Below, in pieces: positions 1 to 12,123 of a DNA stretch of 64,000 nt. The DNA lies in NCBI GenBank assembly GCA_964016885.1, contig OZ024745.1:52390001-52454000 (forward strand), written 5' to 3'. The notes below the pieces were generated by a model. The model was given only the letters and a program-made list of their open reading frames with translations. It was not told the DNA's origin and ran no database searches. The stretch is from Eledone cirrhosa (lineage: Eukaryota). The position numbers were made by a program, and so were the translations under genes. Position 1 is the stretch's first letter. Every line of letters starts with the position of its first letter.

Positions 1-76
1 ACCCCTTAGGAAATGACACACAACATAATTTTGTTTTCATTTATATATATATGTACATATATTGACGGTGGAACTG

Positions 77-294
77 CAGGGGTGGGCATTTCCCCTTCAA
101 TAATTATATTTTCTCCCAAATCTACCAATAACACACATCCATGTTGATATGCAGTTCAATTTATGTACATGTTATGTTTATCACATATCGAATTTTTCTG
201 ACCATTTTAGAGTGCAAGGAGCTAAACTAATCACTACAACTAAATTATCCAAATTTGCCTTCCTCCCAATTCAGAAATCTCTCCACCACCCCTG
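77..294. mobile_element. Possible small hAT-type MITE remnant
   Basis: 9-bp terminal inverted repeats caggggtgg (77-85) / ccacccctg (286-294); no target-site duplication visible. Confidence 0.3.
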
Positions 295-359
295 TTAATA
301 CACCTGAAACCAAATTTGGGAGAGGGATGAGTGTAGACAGAAAGACAATTCATAATTTC

Positions 360-884
360 ATTTTGTATGCCTCTTTCTCGGCAAAGTTTGTAATCAATTC
401 AGCTAAACCAAGTGATAAACCCTGAGCATATTCAATTGAAAGCCAAGCCAACTAGTCTCTCTTGTAACATTTTAGAGTGAATGTAAGATTTTATAAGCTT
501 GAGCTTTGAGCAAATACTCTTACCACTTTCCACTGATACTTGAAGTGTGGGAAGGATCCTCAATGCAATAGCAACATAAGGGAAAGTATCCAAAAGTTTT
601 TGTTGCAAAAACTTGAGGCCTATAAAACGGCGCAATTGTAATTGTGTCCTGAATGTTTTGTATACGCGCGATTTGCACTCAGTCAATTTGCTTTTTCTGG
701 TCAGACTGAATCTACCCGATTATTCTTGCCTATATGAAGTGAATGAGGATACGAAACGACCCTCAATTAAATTGAAATTTATTTATTTATTTTCTTAAAT
801 TGTTGTTGATTTGGAGAAATGTGCCCCGTGAAATCAGCGCCCTATGCGGCTGCCTAGTTTGCCTATATGGTAGCGCCGTCCCTG
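360..884 (-). mobile_element. hAT DNA transposon remnant (C-terminal dimerisation domain plus one terminus)
   Basis: ORF 432..686 reads DTFPYVAIALRILPTLQVSVESGKSICSKLKLIKSYIHSKMLQERLVGLA, matching the hATC motif FPN..IALRI.LT.PVSVAS.ERSFSKLKLIK.YLRS.M.QERL..LA. Minus-strand end at 884, cagggacggcgctaccatataggcaaactaggc, resembles hAT termini. Confidence 0.8.
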
Positions 885-2848
885 AGTCATGAAACGAATA
901 TTCCTAGTTACGGGGTAAGCGACATTCCATTTCGAGTATCAAGAGAGAGTATTTTTTTATATAACACAAATAGGGTCATAAGTAACCGTGCAGTCTATCA
1001 TTTATATTTCGTTTTGCGCTAGGCTTCGCTCTTGAAAATTTCATTTTGAACACCATCAGAGCACGCAACTAGATGTTCTTGATACAGGTTTCTGAGTAAT
1101 GTATGGCTATCGGCAGAATTAGTACTGTGTAAGGCCGGGCCGTTAGTCTCCACAAACTATTTTGAGATGTCTGTACTGCAGTTCTGGGGAAGCCAAAACC
1201 TTACAATGCCAGTGATATTCACTGTAACACGTTTGACCAAATGTCTGGCATTAAACTCAGGAACTTGAACTCTGTGAATTTGGGAACGTTTTCTAAATTC
1301 GCCCCCTTAAACATAAGAGGTAGGTACAATTTAATCGAACGTTGTTTCAATGCGAACCTTTTCTACATCTACAATGTTCTTACGTCGTGTTTTGGATAGT
1401 TTCAGTATTTATTTTCATAAAAATGAAATGAGATTTTATGTTACCATTTAAGAAATAAGCCATTTTCAAAACATTTTACGGACTTCTTTACATGTGCATT
1501 AGATTTTAACTATTTTGAATATTGCTGCTGAAATGATAACTCTAAATGTGTCATAAACGTTTTACATATTTAAATACATTTCCACGTTAGTTGTTCATGC
1601 ATTCATGCTATGAAATATCTGCAGACTTATTGTACGCAATAATAAAATATTGAGATATACCTTAGTATAGATTCATTGTCCATTTCGTTTAATTAATTTA
1701 TGTTTGGAAGCATAAGGTAGGGGATATTTTTGGGACAGTGATAACTACACGATTTACCGAAATAACTTTAATACATAGAAAAGTTTATGTTTGCATCACG
1801 CAAAATTATCGATCTTTGCCTATAAATATAAATTTCAAAGTTAGTAAGAGACTTTCTTCCTATTTGTTAGCCGCAATGTACATGTGTCACAGTGCGTGTA
1901 CGCGTAAATGTTTGAAATAATGTGTATGTTTCTGTGTTATTGTGCTTAATATTCAAATGTCTAGCAGATAAATTCTCATGTTTGAACTGTATTTACCTGT
2001 CTGATTATATTATATATTAAAACTCATAAGTCTATTTTGACTGTGATTCACACAAATATATACAAAGGTGCTCTTCTCTGCTATATTTGCTCAAGTAATC
2101 ATATACATCTTTGATATAGGAAAGAAATAAAAATCTAAAATTATATTTAGTTCCTATGGAATTTCATTATTTATAGCTACGTAGGTACTGAAGACAGACA
2201 ATGCAAGTTATTAGTACTATTGACGTTTATTATGAGAATAAAATCTAGAGCTGTCTAACTAACTATCATGTAAAATCGCAGTAAATTCAGAATTATTTAT
2301 AATTTTCCAGAACACAGGTACGCACGCATATACAAAATGTTTAATTAGTCTATGTCCATCAAAGCTATATAGATTGCATATAAATCCCCCATAAAAGAAA
2401 AACTCATAACTTGAAAACCTTCAAATGCTTACATATCTTCTGAGTAGTTTTCAAATATTAATAGAACCTTCATAAGTTTTTCGTACCGCAAAGAGTGTCC
2501 ACACTGAATTTCGAAGCTGCAACTTATTTTCATAGTCCGCATTCAATGACTGTTAGTATACAGTGCAACATTGGCGAGTGTATAGCTTAATTTTCACTAA
2601 ATACAATACACAGTCATGTATACACCATTAAATTTGATATTTTCCATTTCACCAAGGCTAGCTCCTCACGCTTTCCCCAGTTTGAAAAATGCTCAGAGTA
2701 ATTGAAACTAAAATTTACACTTTTCTTGTACAGTCATGCGTTTCCTTTTCTAAAGTAGGGTAACTTGCAAGTGGAAGTATAGAGCAGCCAATGTGGGTAA
2801 CCTACAATGATGTAATTACTGCTTTAATTTCAACGTCCAAAGCTTATT

Positions 2849-2990
<142 letters not shown>

Positions 2991-3104
2991 TCAACTATCA
3001 AAATGAATATACAATACAAAAATGACTATCCGGGAGCTTCTAACAGACATAGTCGCATTCTTTTAAGGGTATGTCAATACTTGTTTTAAAACTGATTTAT
3101 ATTA

Positions 3105-3169
3105 TATTTTATCTCATGAAAGCGCACCATAATTTGCTTTAGTGTCCTTGAAATATGTATAATGAAATA
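3105..3169 (+). ncRNA. Decayed hammerhead ribozyme (core CTCATGA, G5C); same family as 21407, 26685, 27108, 34202
   Basis: tattttat CTCATGA [30 nt] GAAA tatgta TA atgaaata; downstream aatatggttttataaatatagtttccatttattaatat is shared with the 21407 and 27108 copies. Confidence 0.6.
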
Positions 3170-3207
3170 AATATGGTTTTATAAATATAGTTTCCATTTA
3201 TTAATAT

Positions 3208-3249
<42 letters not shown>

Positions 3250-3406
3250 GATTTAATGCTCTGAGATAGCGATATATATGTGAAGACAAACATAGAATAT
3301 TCGAAAATATTCTGTATGTTTATAATAAACATTTTGAAGACCTAATCGCTATAGAATAGAATACGTCACGTATTACAATTTGAGATTCTCGATAAAAGTA
3401 AGGGAA

Positions 3407-3449
3407 GTAATCTACGCGTTTCATTCTTGTTAGAAATCTTCAGGATCAC
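3407..3449 (-). ncRNA. Type I hammerhead ribozyme, tandem unit 1
   Basis: Minus strand gtgatc CTGAAGA tttctaacaagaat GAAA cgcg TA gattac; helix I gtgatc/gattac, palindromic helix III. Confidence 0.85.
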
Positions 3450-3718
3450 ATATCCAATACTTTTATCGAGAACGACACAGCTAGAGACTTATAGAATACT
3501 TAGCTGTGTACAGGAACTGGTTTGATAGAGCGGTAGCCGGTCCGGCAGAAATTAGAATTTGGATTTAATGCTCTGAAATAGCGATATATATGTGAAGACA
3601 AACATAGAATATTCGAAAATATTCTGTATGTTTATAATAAACATTTTGAAGACCTAATCGCTATAGAATAGAATACGTCACGTATTACAATTTGAGATTC
3701 TCGATAAAAGTAAGGGAA

Positions 3719-3761
3719 GTAATCTACGCGTTTCATTCTTGTTAGAAATCTTCAGGATCAC
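3719..3761 (-). ncRNA. Type I hammerhead ribozyme, tandem unit 2
   Basis: Same motif as 3407-3449, +312 bp. Confidence 0.85.
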
Positions 3762-4030
3762 ATATCCAATACTTTTATCGAGAACGACACAGCTAGAGAC
3801 TTATAGAATACTTAGCTGTGTACAGGAACTGGTTTGATAGAGCGGTAGCCGGTCCGGCAGAAATTAGAATTTAGATTTAATGCTCTGAAATAGCGATATA
3901 TATGTGAAGACAAACATAGAATATTCGAAAATATTCTGTATGTTTATAATAAACATTTTGAAGACCTAATCGCTATAGAATAGAATACGTCACGTATTAC
4001 AATTTGAGATTCTCGATAAAAGTAAGGGAA

Positions 4031-4073
4031 GTAATCTACGCGTTTCAATCTTGTTAGAAATCTTCAGGATCAC
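4031..4073 (-). ncRNA. Type I hammerhead ribozyme, tandem unit 3
   Basis: Same motif, one substitution in helix II (gtttcaatc instead of gtttcattc). Confidence 0.8.
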
Positions 4074-4342
4074 ATATCCAATACTTTTATCGAGAACGAC
4101 ACAGCTAGAGACTTATAGAATACTTAGCTGTGTACAGGAACTGGTTTGATAGAGCGGTAGCCGGTCCGGCAGAAATTAGAATTTGGATTTAATGCTCTGA
4201 AATAGCGATATATATGTGAAGACAAACATAGAATATTCGAAAATATTCTGTATGTTTATAATAAACATTTTGAAGGCCTAATCGCTATAGAATAGAATAC
4301 GTCACGTATTACAATTTGAGATTCTCGATAAAAGTAAGGGAA

Positions 4343-4385
4343 GTAATCTACGCGTTTCATTCTTGTTAGAAATCTTCAGGATCAC
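4343..4385 (-). ncRNA. Type I hammerhead ribozyme, tandem unit 4
   Basis: Same motif as 3407-3449, +936 bp. Confidence 0.85.
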
Positions 4386-4493
4386 ATATCCAATACTTTT
4401 ATCGAGAACGACACAGCTAGAGACTTATAGAATACTTAGCTGTGTACAGGAACTGGTTTGATAGAGCGGTAGCCTGTCCGGCAGAAATTAGAA

Positions 4494-4774
4494 AATCCAA
4501 ATTCTAATTTCTGCCGGACCGGCTACCGCTCTATCAAACCAGTTCCTGTACACAGCTAAGTATTCTATAAGTCTCTAGCTGTGTCGTTCTCGATAAAAGT
4601 ATTGGATATGTGATCCTGAAGATTTCTAACAAGAATGAAACGCGTAGATTACTTCCCTTACTTTTATCGAGAATCTCAAATTGTAATACGTGACGTATTG
4701 TATTCTATAGCGATTAGGTCTTCAAAATGTTTATTATAAACATACAGAATATTTTCGAATATTCTATGTTTGTC

Positions 4775-4780
<6 letters not shown>
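4494..4780. repeat. Inverted partial fifth copy of the 312-bp unit, abutting the array and ending in (TA)n
   Basis: aatccaaattctaatttctgccggaccggctaccgc... is the reverse complement of the unit. Confidence 0.95.
4610..4652 (+). ncRNA. Type I hammerhead ribozyme in inverted copy
   Basis: gtgatc CTGAAGA tttctaacaagaat GAAA cgcg TA gattac read directly on + strand. Confidence 0.85.
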
Positions 4781-4832
<52 letters not shown>

Positions 4833-4836
<4 letters not shown>

Positions 4837-4972
4837 AAAAGAGTGCGGACACCGACGGCTGAGCTCCGGGCTAGATCCGAACTGTCTCCTATTATCCACT
4901 CTATAACTCTAAGTATCAAGTAATCTGGTGCGTTATGGTCCACCTGGTTTCTTACCACACTTTCTTTGTTTA
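4833..4972 (+). mobile_element. Short (TA)n-inserted repeat, family shared with 42369, 46752/46889 and 50120
   Basis: Shared ctattacccactctactaccctaagtattgagtactttggtgcgttatggtccatctggttc-like segment, flanked by (TA)n. Confidence 0.75.
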
Positions 4973-6290
4973 TATATATATATATATCCACTAAACGGGG
5001 AGTGCCTCGTTAAAAATATTGTTTACCTGTGTGATGTCACAGCCGGCAATAAGGAGTACTCATATATAGGTGCGACATCCAATACGTTTAAGAAGCGCTG
5101 GTATAACGACAGAAGCTCCTTCAAACAGACTGAAACGACCCCAAACCAGACTGGCTGATTTGATATGGGACCTCAAGGACAGGAATATTGAACCCCAGAT
5201 CAGTGAAAAGACGCGTGGCACAACTCCCCAGTGACAGAAACCACTGCAGATTATGCCTGGTTGAGGCGGCGGAAATAATTAAATTAAAATCCGCCATAAA
5301 CTATAGGTCGGACATAATTGTCAATTGCAGACACACCAGGCTGAACACCTTTTCCGCACAAACATTCGGGGGAGGGCCACACACTAACCATGGCGCACCA
5401 TAATAATAACCACCTCTGCCCCGTATCACCATCGCCCATCTCAGCGAATTTATTAATTTTATTTTATTTTATCTTATTTTATTGTATTGCATGTAACCAT
5501 TTGTAAGCCCGTATTTTGTATATCATGCCGCATACATCACCCCCACCAAAAATCACATAGCCATACACCCCTCATCCTTGCAACAATGTGTTCGATCGGT
5601 CTTCTATGATAGGTTTTACCTTACAATCCATAGTAACATCGGATCTTGTAAATACAATGTCGATCATATCACACCATCGCCACCACCACCACACCACACA
5701 TCGTCAATGTCTACCATACACACCCACAACCTTATCCCCCCCCCCCCCATGTTCCCTCTGTCCACCCTAACCTACAACCCCACTCTAAATTCGACCCTGT
5801 AAATGTACTGTCGCGCACGAACAACCAGCGCCACCACTAGATACATCCACATACTTCAACAATTATTAACATCATTAACATCATCAAACATATCATCCCT
5901 CACTCCCAGATCGACTGTATTATATCCCCCTGCCCCGGTCTGGCTTACCCTGTAACACACCGTATCTTCTGATCATGTAATCATTTTGTCGAACATCTCA
6001 CCCCAGCACCACCACCACCATGACCACAACACACATCGCCATACGTCCATAAACTCTTCTCCCCCGCGTTCCCCATGTCACCTTTTAACCTGTAACCCAT
6101 CGCACTATTTGATCCTGTATATTTTTGTGGCTCACAACTCCACCACCACTAGACACAATACCATACTTCACCAACACCGCCAACACATACCTCCTCACCC
6201 GAACCATCGCAAATGTGTGTGTCTGTGTGTAACTATTTTTTACATATACGGGCGTATAAATATGCGTGCGTGTACGCATATATATTTTTT

Positions 6291-6508
6291 CTAGCGATCG
6301 ACTTTCGTCAAATCGGACCGAGGAAACAATGTTTCCGTTGGTCTTTCCAGTTGCTAATACTATCTATCGGTCGCAACTCCAGGTAGAAGGAGCAACGTGA
6401 AATAAAGTGTCTTGCTCAAGGACATAACGCATCGCCTGGTCCAGGAATCGAACTCACAACTTCACGATTGCGAATCCAATTCTCTAACCACTCAGCCACA
6501 CGCCTTCA
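6291..6508 (-). mobile_element. tRNA-derived SINE with CORE-like domain
   Basis: Minus strand A box tggctgagtgg, B box gagttcgattcc, then tgtccttgagcaagacacttt. Confidence 0.85.
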
Positions 6509-6516
6509 TATGTGCG

Positions 6517-6575
<59 letters not shown>

Positions 6576-6592
6576 GAGTGTGTCTGCGTTTA

Positions 6593-6623
<31 letters not shown>

Positions 6624-7426
6624 GTGGGTGTGTGTGTGTATACGTGTGTGCGTGTGTGTATGTGTATGTTTATGTATACGTGTGTGTGAGTGTATGTGCG
6701 CATATCCGGATGTGTGTATGAGTGTATGTATGTGTATGTATATATATATGTGTAACACCTTCTCCATTGCCTCTCACCTTCCCTCCATCTTTGTCCTTCG
6801 CCACCCCCACTCTCCCTATATGTGTCCGCATGCGCGCATGCACATACATGTGTGTATATATACATATGGCTGTATAAGTGTGTGTGTGGATATGTGTGGG
6901 CGAGGATGTGCGTATGTGTTGTGTGTGTTTATACATCAATATATATGCGCATATATACATATGTGTGTGGATACATATATAGAACGTATTTGTCAGACGA
7001 AGAGCGTCTAGCTATGTATCTCCGTAAGGACTCGATACCACCAACACATCCACCACACCACCACAAACGCCACTATCATAAACAACAACACCACTACCAC
7101 ACCCCCACACACGCCAACCCGTCTACCGACAACCCACTAAACTCATACCACAGCCCATCCCAGTAAGCGACCATAACCACCATCATAGCATCACATCCAC
7201 CACCCATACACTACAGGCCAAGGCCAAACCGCCACCACCACACCACAGCCCATCTCATCCACCGACCGTCACCAACATCTCACCATCACATCAACCCCCA
7301 CATACACTACAGGCCAGTACATCCCTTTGATCCTTCCCACCAATCAAAACAACTCATTTTGTCAAACTCTTGAAACTCTTACTTTACCACATAGCACGTA
7401 TTTCATTTTCTTATAACATTTTAAAA

Positions 7427-7513
7427 GGGTCCGTCGAGCCGCCGATTATTGAGTCGGGTAGGATCGATACAGATCGAACCTTGAGCTGATCAGTTGCAAA
7501 ACGAGCGTCACCT
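7427..7513 (+). ncRNA. Decayed hammerhead ribozyme with 60-nt helix II at the 3' end of the PLE
   Basis: gggt CCGTCGA [gc...tgatcagttgc] AAAA cgagcg TC acct; three core substitutions. Confidence 0.4.
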
Positions 7514-7814
7514 ATCAATAAATGCAATGAAGGAGTAATCAATGGTCCTTTTTATCCTTTCAATATATTACACTCTGTATAGCTCTACACCTCATCACAG
7601 AAGTGAACCTAAACATCGAGTGCTCTCCCGCGTGAACCTGCAGTAACTCCAAGTTACATCCCCTGGATATATATATATATATATATATAAATTATATTTT
7701 TCTTCCTAATAATCGTCTCTTTCTCCCTGTTTTCATATATATATATATATATATATATTTCGTTTCTGAATTTGTTTAGCAAGATTCTTTTTCTGAAAAC
7801 GTGTGTTGAAACCG

Positions 7815-8220
7815 ATATTATTATGCTTTGGTAGCGTCATGTTACCAATAAGAAACACACGCACAAGTTGCTTCACTCCAATTTATTATAAATTAAATTT
7901 ATAAATTTAAGAATTTATAAATTTCCGGTTGGTTGGTTCGTTGGTTCCACAACCGGACGGTTGTTCGTATATTGTCAGAGTTCTTTCGTCACAAATTATG
8001 TGACCTCTTCAGTGACTGGGAATTATTTTCTTTGTTTGTGTGCCTCTCCTTTGTTCTGTCCTACGCCATCTTATTTTTGTGTGTGTTGGAACCAACCAAC
8101 CAACCGGTAATTTATAAATTCTTAAATTTCTAAATTTAATTCATAATAAATTGGAGTGAAAGCAACTGGTGCGTGTGTTTTTTATTGGCAACATCACCCT
8201 CCCAAAGCATAACAATATAT
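7815..8220. repeat. Inverted repeat (arms ~7815-7945 / 8085-8220) with hammerhead in the spacer
   Basis: cactccaatttattat...ccggttggttgg versus ccaaccaaccgg...ataataaattggagtg. Confidence 0.85.
7974..8016 (-). ncRNA. Type I hammerhead ribozyme with intact core
   Basis: Minus strand gtca CTGAAGA g gtcaca-taatt-tgtgac GAAA gaac TC tgac; perfect helix I and II, one extra nt before helix II. Confidence 0.85.
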
Positions 8221-8239
8221 ATATATGTATATATATATA

Positions 8240-8682
8240 TTTGTTTTGCGAGGTGTGTCGAAACAGATATTGTTATACTTGGGCAGGGTCATATCATTTT
8301 AATAATATTGCCAGAAATAATAACGGAACACACTCACTGTTTGGTTGGTTTTCGCTTCTGTATCTTTTATATCTCCATAGTTAATTCATTTGGCCATCAA
8401 TGTTTATCATTGACTCACAATACACACAACAGGAGGAAACATAATAGTACCACTGATGATGTTGCAGATGTGCAGCGAAAGAACTTTGTTAGACTATATA
8501 TATGTATTTATATCTGTATTTTTGACCGTTGGTCAGTCAGGGATAAACATTGATGGCCAAATGAATTAACTATGGAGGTATAAAAGATACAGAAGAGAAA
8601 ACCAACCAAACAGTGAGTGTGTTCTTTTATTATTTATGCCAATATTATTACAATAATGTGACCCTCCCCAAGTATAAAAATA
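8240..8682. mobile_element. Solo inverted pseudo-LTR pair of the PLE family at 13660-15715 (arms ~8265-8415 / 8535-8682)
   Basis: Homologous to 13663-13975 (gttttgcgagg...tgtcgaaaca...gggtcatat...cactca..gtttggttggttttcgcttctg); arms are reverse complements. Confidence 0.85.
8448..8491 (+). ncRNA. Hammerhead ribozyme motif
   Basis: tacca CTGATGA t gttgca-gatg-tgcagc GAAA gaac TT tgtta; helix I imperfect; core conserved in copy at 13904. Confidence 0.7.
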
Positions 8683-8845
8683 TATATATATATATATATA
8701 TCCGGTTGCAACGTTATTTGAAATATCCACTTCTGCGTTTACAGATTGACTTTGTTAGTTTCAGAAGATCCCGTTAAGGGTGAAAGCACTGATTCTTTGC
8801 TTAAACTTTTATCTGTTATTTTAATAAATATATATATATATATAT

Positions 8846-8890
8846 ATTGCCCTGATGAGTCCTTAATAGGACAAAACATTGTCGGCTAAT
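8846..8890 (+). ncRNA. Hammerhead ribozyme with G12A substitution
   Basis: attgcc CTGATGA gtcct-taat-aggac AAAA cattg TC ggctaat. Confidence 0.75.
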
Positions 8891-9032
8891 AAAGACTCTT
8901 GATGTATTGAAGGCTTCTTTGTTTTACTCTCTTAGTTTTCGGCTCTGTTTAACTACATTGAGCTATATCTTTTACTGTCATTTCTATAATACGAAGAGGG
9001 TGTTTAACTCCAACACGCTCCAGTATTTTAAC

Positions 9033-9195
<163 letters not shown>

Positions 9196-9499
9196 CTTTT
9201 CAATCAAAATTGACCAAATAGCAATTTTTTTCTCTGTAGCGTGTCAGCTTGTTATTGCATTTAGGTTGTATTTACTTGTGTTAAAACGTCAAAATATGTT
9301 CAAGGTTTGTAAATAACCGCAAATAAGATGGGTGGTAAAATAGAAAGATAATTATTACATATGTATAAAAAATGATTGAAATGAGAACTTTCGGGGCGTC
9401 AAGGCTAAGTAAGATGTGTCAAATAATTTGTCTCCATATGTATGGACACTAAACACATATGAATAAATAAATGAGTATATATATATATATATGTATGTA

Positions 9500-9720
9500 T
9501 TTCACGGTGCTTCAGTTTACACAGCTGTAGAAATGAGTTGCAACGTAAGTGGTGTCAAGCCTATATAGGCCATTGCCTTTCCCTAGCGTGGAGGGGAGGC
9601 GGATATGCATGGGCGACTGCTGGTCTTCCACAAACAATCCTGCCCGGACTTTTGCCTCGGAAGGAAACTTTCTAGGTGAAAATGCCATTGTAATTCGTGA
9701 CCGTTGGGGTCTTTACTTTA
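9500..9720 (+). mobile_element. Probable 5'-truncated SINE
   Basis: Start ttcacggtgcttcagtttacacagctgtagaaatgagttg resembles the post-CORE segment of the SINE at 20870; GC-rich island. Confidence 0.5.
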
Positions 9721-11171
9721 TTATATATATATTCCTCTTTTAATATCACATGATACTATAGTGCTACTACTGAACTACAGATCTTGTAGTATCCTCTTAG
9801 CGAAATCGACGTCGGATAGGTTTTGTCTCTTGTCTTCGTCCGAACTACCATGTTTTTTGTCGTGACCGAATCATAGTCAACATGATCAAACTATAAATAG
9901 ATTGATATATTTTCTTTGAAATCTCTACTGACATAACATATTTTGTTAAGTTACTTTAAAACATTTGAATCGATCTATAGTAAAATACATCATGGCAATT
10001 TCGTTTTACTTTGCATTAGGTTTCTAGGAGAGTGGCCGTGTTTTTAACATGGTAGATTATACATTTAGATACTACTTACTAATATTTCTCGAACACTTAG
10101 CAGCATCCTTGTAGTCAGGATGTAAATATGTTATGTAAGAATGCAATCATGACTGCATATTATTATAGACGATTACATTCAAAGAATGAATACTATTCTA
10201 CGAGCTGGGGTGCGATTGGCTTTATCTGAGGAACCTATAACATGTAATCTTCGAAAACCGATTATTCTCTCATTGAAGAGATTCCATTAGGTGAATTTTA
10301 GTGGCTAAATCATGTTTGTGTGATTTGATAGAAACAGGATTGTCTCTTTAAAACCATCCTTCAAACATGCTAAAATCATTTAATTGAAATCATTCCAATT
10401 CAGCCACTTCGATTGAGCGGGTAAAGTTGTTGGGGTGTGACGTGACGGAAATATAGGTATTATAATTATCTCTGAAAATCTGATCGTTTCATGTTTTGAA
10501 GACATTCCATGACTAGTCGAAGCCTGTTTACTTTCTTTCCTTCCAGGTGAGTATGCATATATATGTATGTATATATAAACATGCAATAGATTACGCAATG
10601 ATATTTATGTCAATTAATGAGATTGCATCACTACAGAAATATGTTTATTGATTTCATTAGTTAGGTGATCTGATTTGACTTTTTAAACTATAAAATGTGA
10701 AGAATGTGTAAGATGATTCAAATTTCGCTTAACGTGCTATCGTTAATAAATTTGTTATAAAATATTCCTTTATTGAAATAATCAATTAATAAAACATCTA
10801 CTCATTAATGAAATTCTAGATTATTTATGCATTCCTACATGTTGGCAGGTGGGGAGTGGGATTCAAATCTCCGATGCACCAGCAGAAATGATATTTGAAA
10901 CACAGTCTAAGGTGAATACAAATGCATAGTACCAAAAGAGTACCAGAAAAGCGATGTTGGTTTCATGCAATTTGCTTATATATTTATCTTTCCTTCGTCG
11001 GCTTTTATCGGGCAGTTATGCGCTCAAATACATGATCGCTCTGTATTTTTCAGACATAGAATTATATTGCAATGTGTTGGTGTATATCAAGAAACGTGTA
11101 TATCTATATTTCCTCTATATTTCCTTTACCCGCATTCTTTCTGTCACAGTCTATTTCTCTATCACTCTAGT

Positions 11172-11212
<41 letters not shown>

Positions 11213-11242
11213 GTGTGTATATATGTGTGTATATGTATGTAT

Positions 11243-11848
11243 GTCAGGTCACCACTTGGTGCTACTGGTAACATGTATCCCAGTACAACCTGTCTCATGG
11301 TCGGGTCGTTGGCGACTAAACTGGCAACCCCACCAAGGTTTCTTGGTGAGGAGGGTGACTTTGGACATCTGCAGGACTAAAAACAAAACCTGTCAAAGGG
11401 CAAATGAGCTGTTAAGAGTCAATGGCCATCCAAAATCACCGGGAGAGATGACACCTTAGCCTTTGTCAAGGCAGAATTCTAGGAGAAGGAAAACTCTGAT
11501 ATAACACCTGCAACCCTGATGGTATCCAATGATGTTGACTTGTTCTTCCTTTTGGTAAATATCATCTTGGTTAAGAGAGTGGGACTGGCTTTGTGCAGTG
11601 CCTTTGCTCACTATAAAAGCTTCACGGCACAGGCATTGCTTTGTATCTGGAGATCTCTCTGCACTTGTCGTCACATGGTACCAAAGGCAAAGCACTATGT
11701 GTCAATAATTGTCACAAGTGTAGTGTTTGTACCAGAGTTTTCAAGTCGCTGGCTGGACTAAAAAGTCACTCGTTCAGCGCATCGGTAGGGGTTCTCCTAC
11801 ATGGATATAAAGTAGTGACCGTACTCGAAAACGAGTTGGCAGCCACCA
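11243..11848 (+). mobile_element. Non-autonomous RTE-LINE-derived element ending in a C2H2 zinc-finger remnant and 3' stem-loop
   Basis: HKCSVCTRVFKSLAGLKSH resembles the C-terminal CxxC..F.S..GL.SH finger of RTE ORFs; 3' ctcgaaaacgag hairpin followed by a microsatellite tail; other copies at 12124 and 40249. Confidence 0.65.
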
Positions 11849-12123
11849 TATATATATGTGTACATGTGTGTGTATATATATGTGTGTGTACATGTATATG
11901 TATATATGTATGTGTGTACATATGTGTGTGTACATGTGTATGTATATGTGTGTGTACATGTATATGTATATGTGTGTGTGCATGGGTATGTATATGTGTG
12001 TACATATATATGTATATGTGTGTACATATGTGTGTGTATGTGTGTGTACATGTGTATGTATATGTATGTGTGTACATGTGTATGTATATGTGTGTGTACA
12101 TGTATATGTATATGTATGTGTGT
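11849..12123. repeat. ~24-bp TG/TA minisatellite (tgtgtacatgtatatgtatatgtg)n
   Basis: Direct reading. Confidence 0.85.

Larger units (their letters stand above)
3246..4493. repeat. Tandem array of four near-identical 312-bp units (PLE pseudo-LTR / retrozyme-like), each with a hammerhead ribozyme
   Basis: Unit starts tttggatttaatgctctga at 3246, 3558, 3870, 4182; only isolated substitutions between units. Confidence 0.95.
4988..7665 (+). mobile_element. 5'-truncated Penelope-like element: degenerate GIY-YIG endonuclease (4988-5403) plus long C/A-rich 3' region
   Basis: PLNGECLVKNIVYLCDV...SYIGATSNTFKKRWYN, then CRLCLVE...INYRSDIIVNCRH; stop and frameshift near 5158; bounded by (TA)n on both sides; the 3' extent is inferred. 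Confidence 0.8.

Noticed and set aside
3246-4493. Regularly spaced repeats as a CRISPR array
   Set aside because: Whole 312-bp units repeat with no unique spacers; no cas genes; eukaryotic context
5578-6294. His/Pro-rich ORFs
   Set aside because: Product of C/A-rich low-complexity sequence in the PLE 3' region
6420-6508. Genuine tRNA gene (also 20870, 51501, 61304)
   Set aside because: A/B boxes are present but there is no complete cloverleaf, and each continues into a SINE body
10390-10471. Possible terminal exon on the minus strand (DNYNTYISVTSHPNNFTRSIEVAELE*)
   Set aside because: Weak acceptor and no recognisable homology
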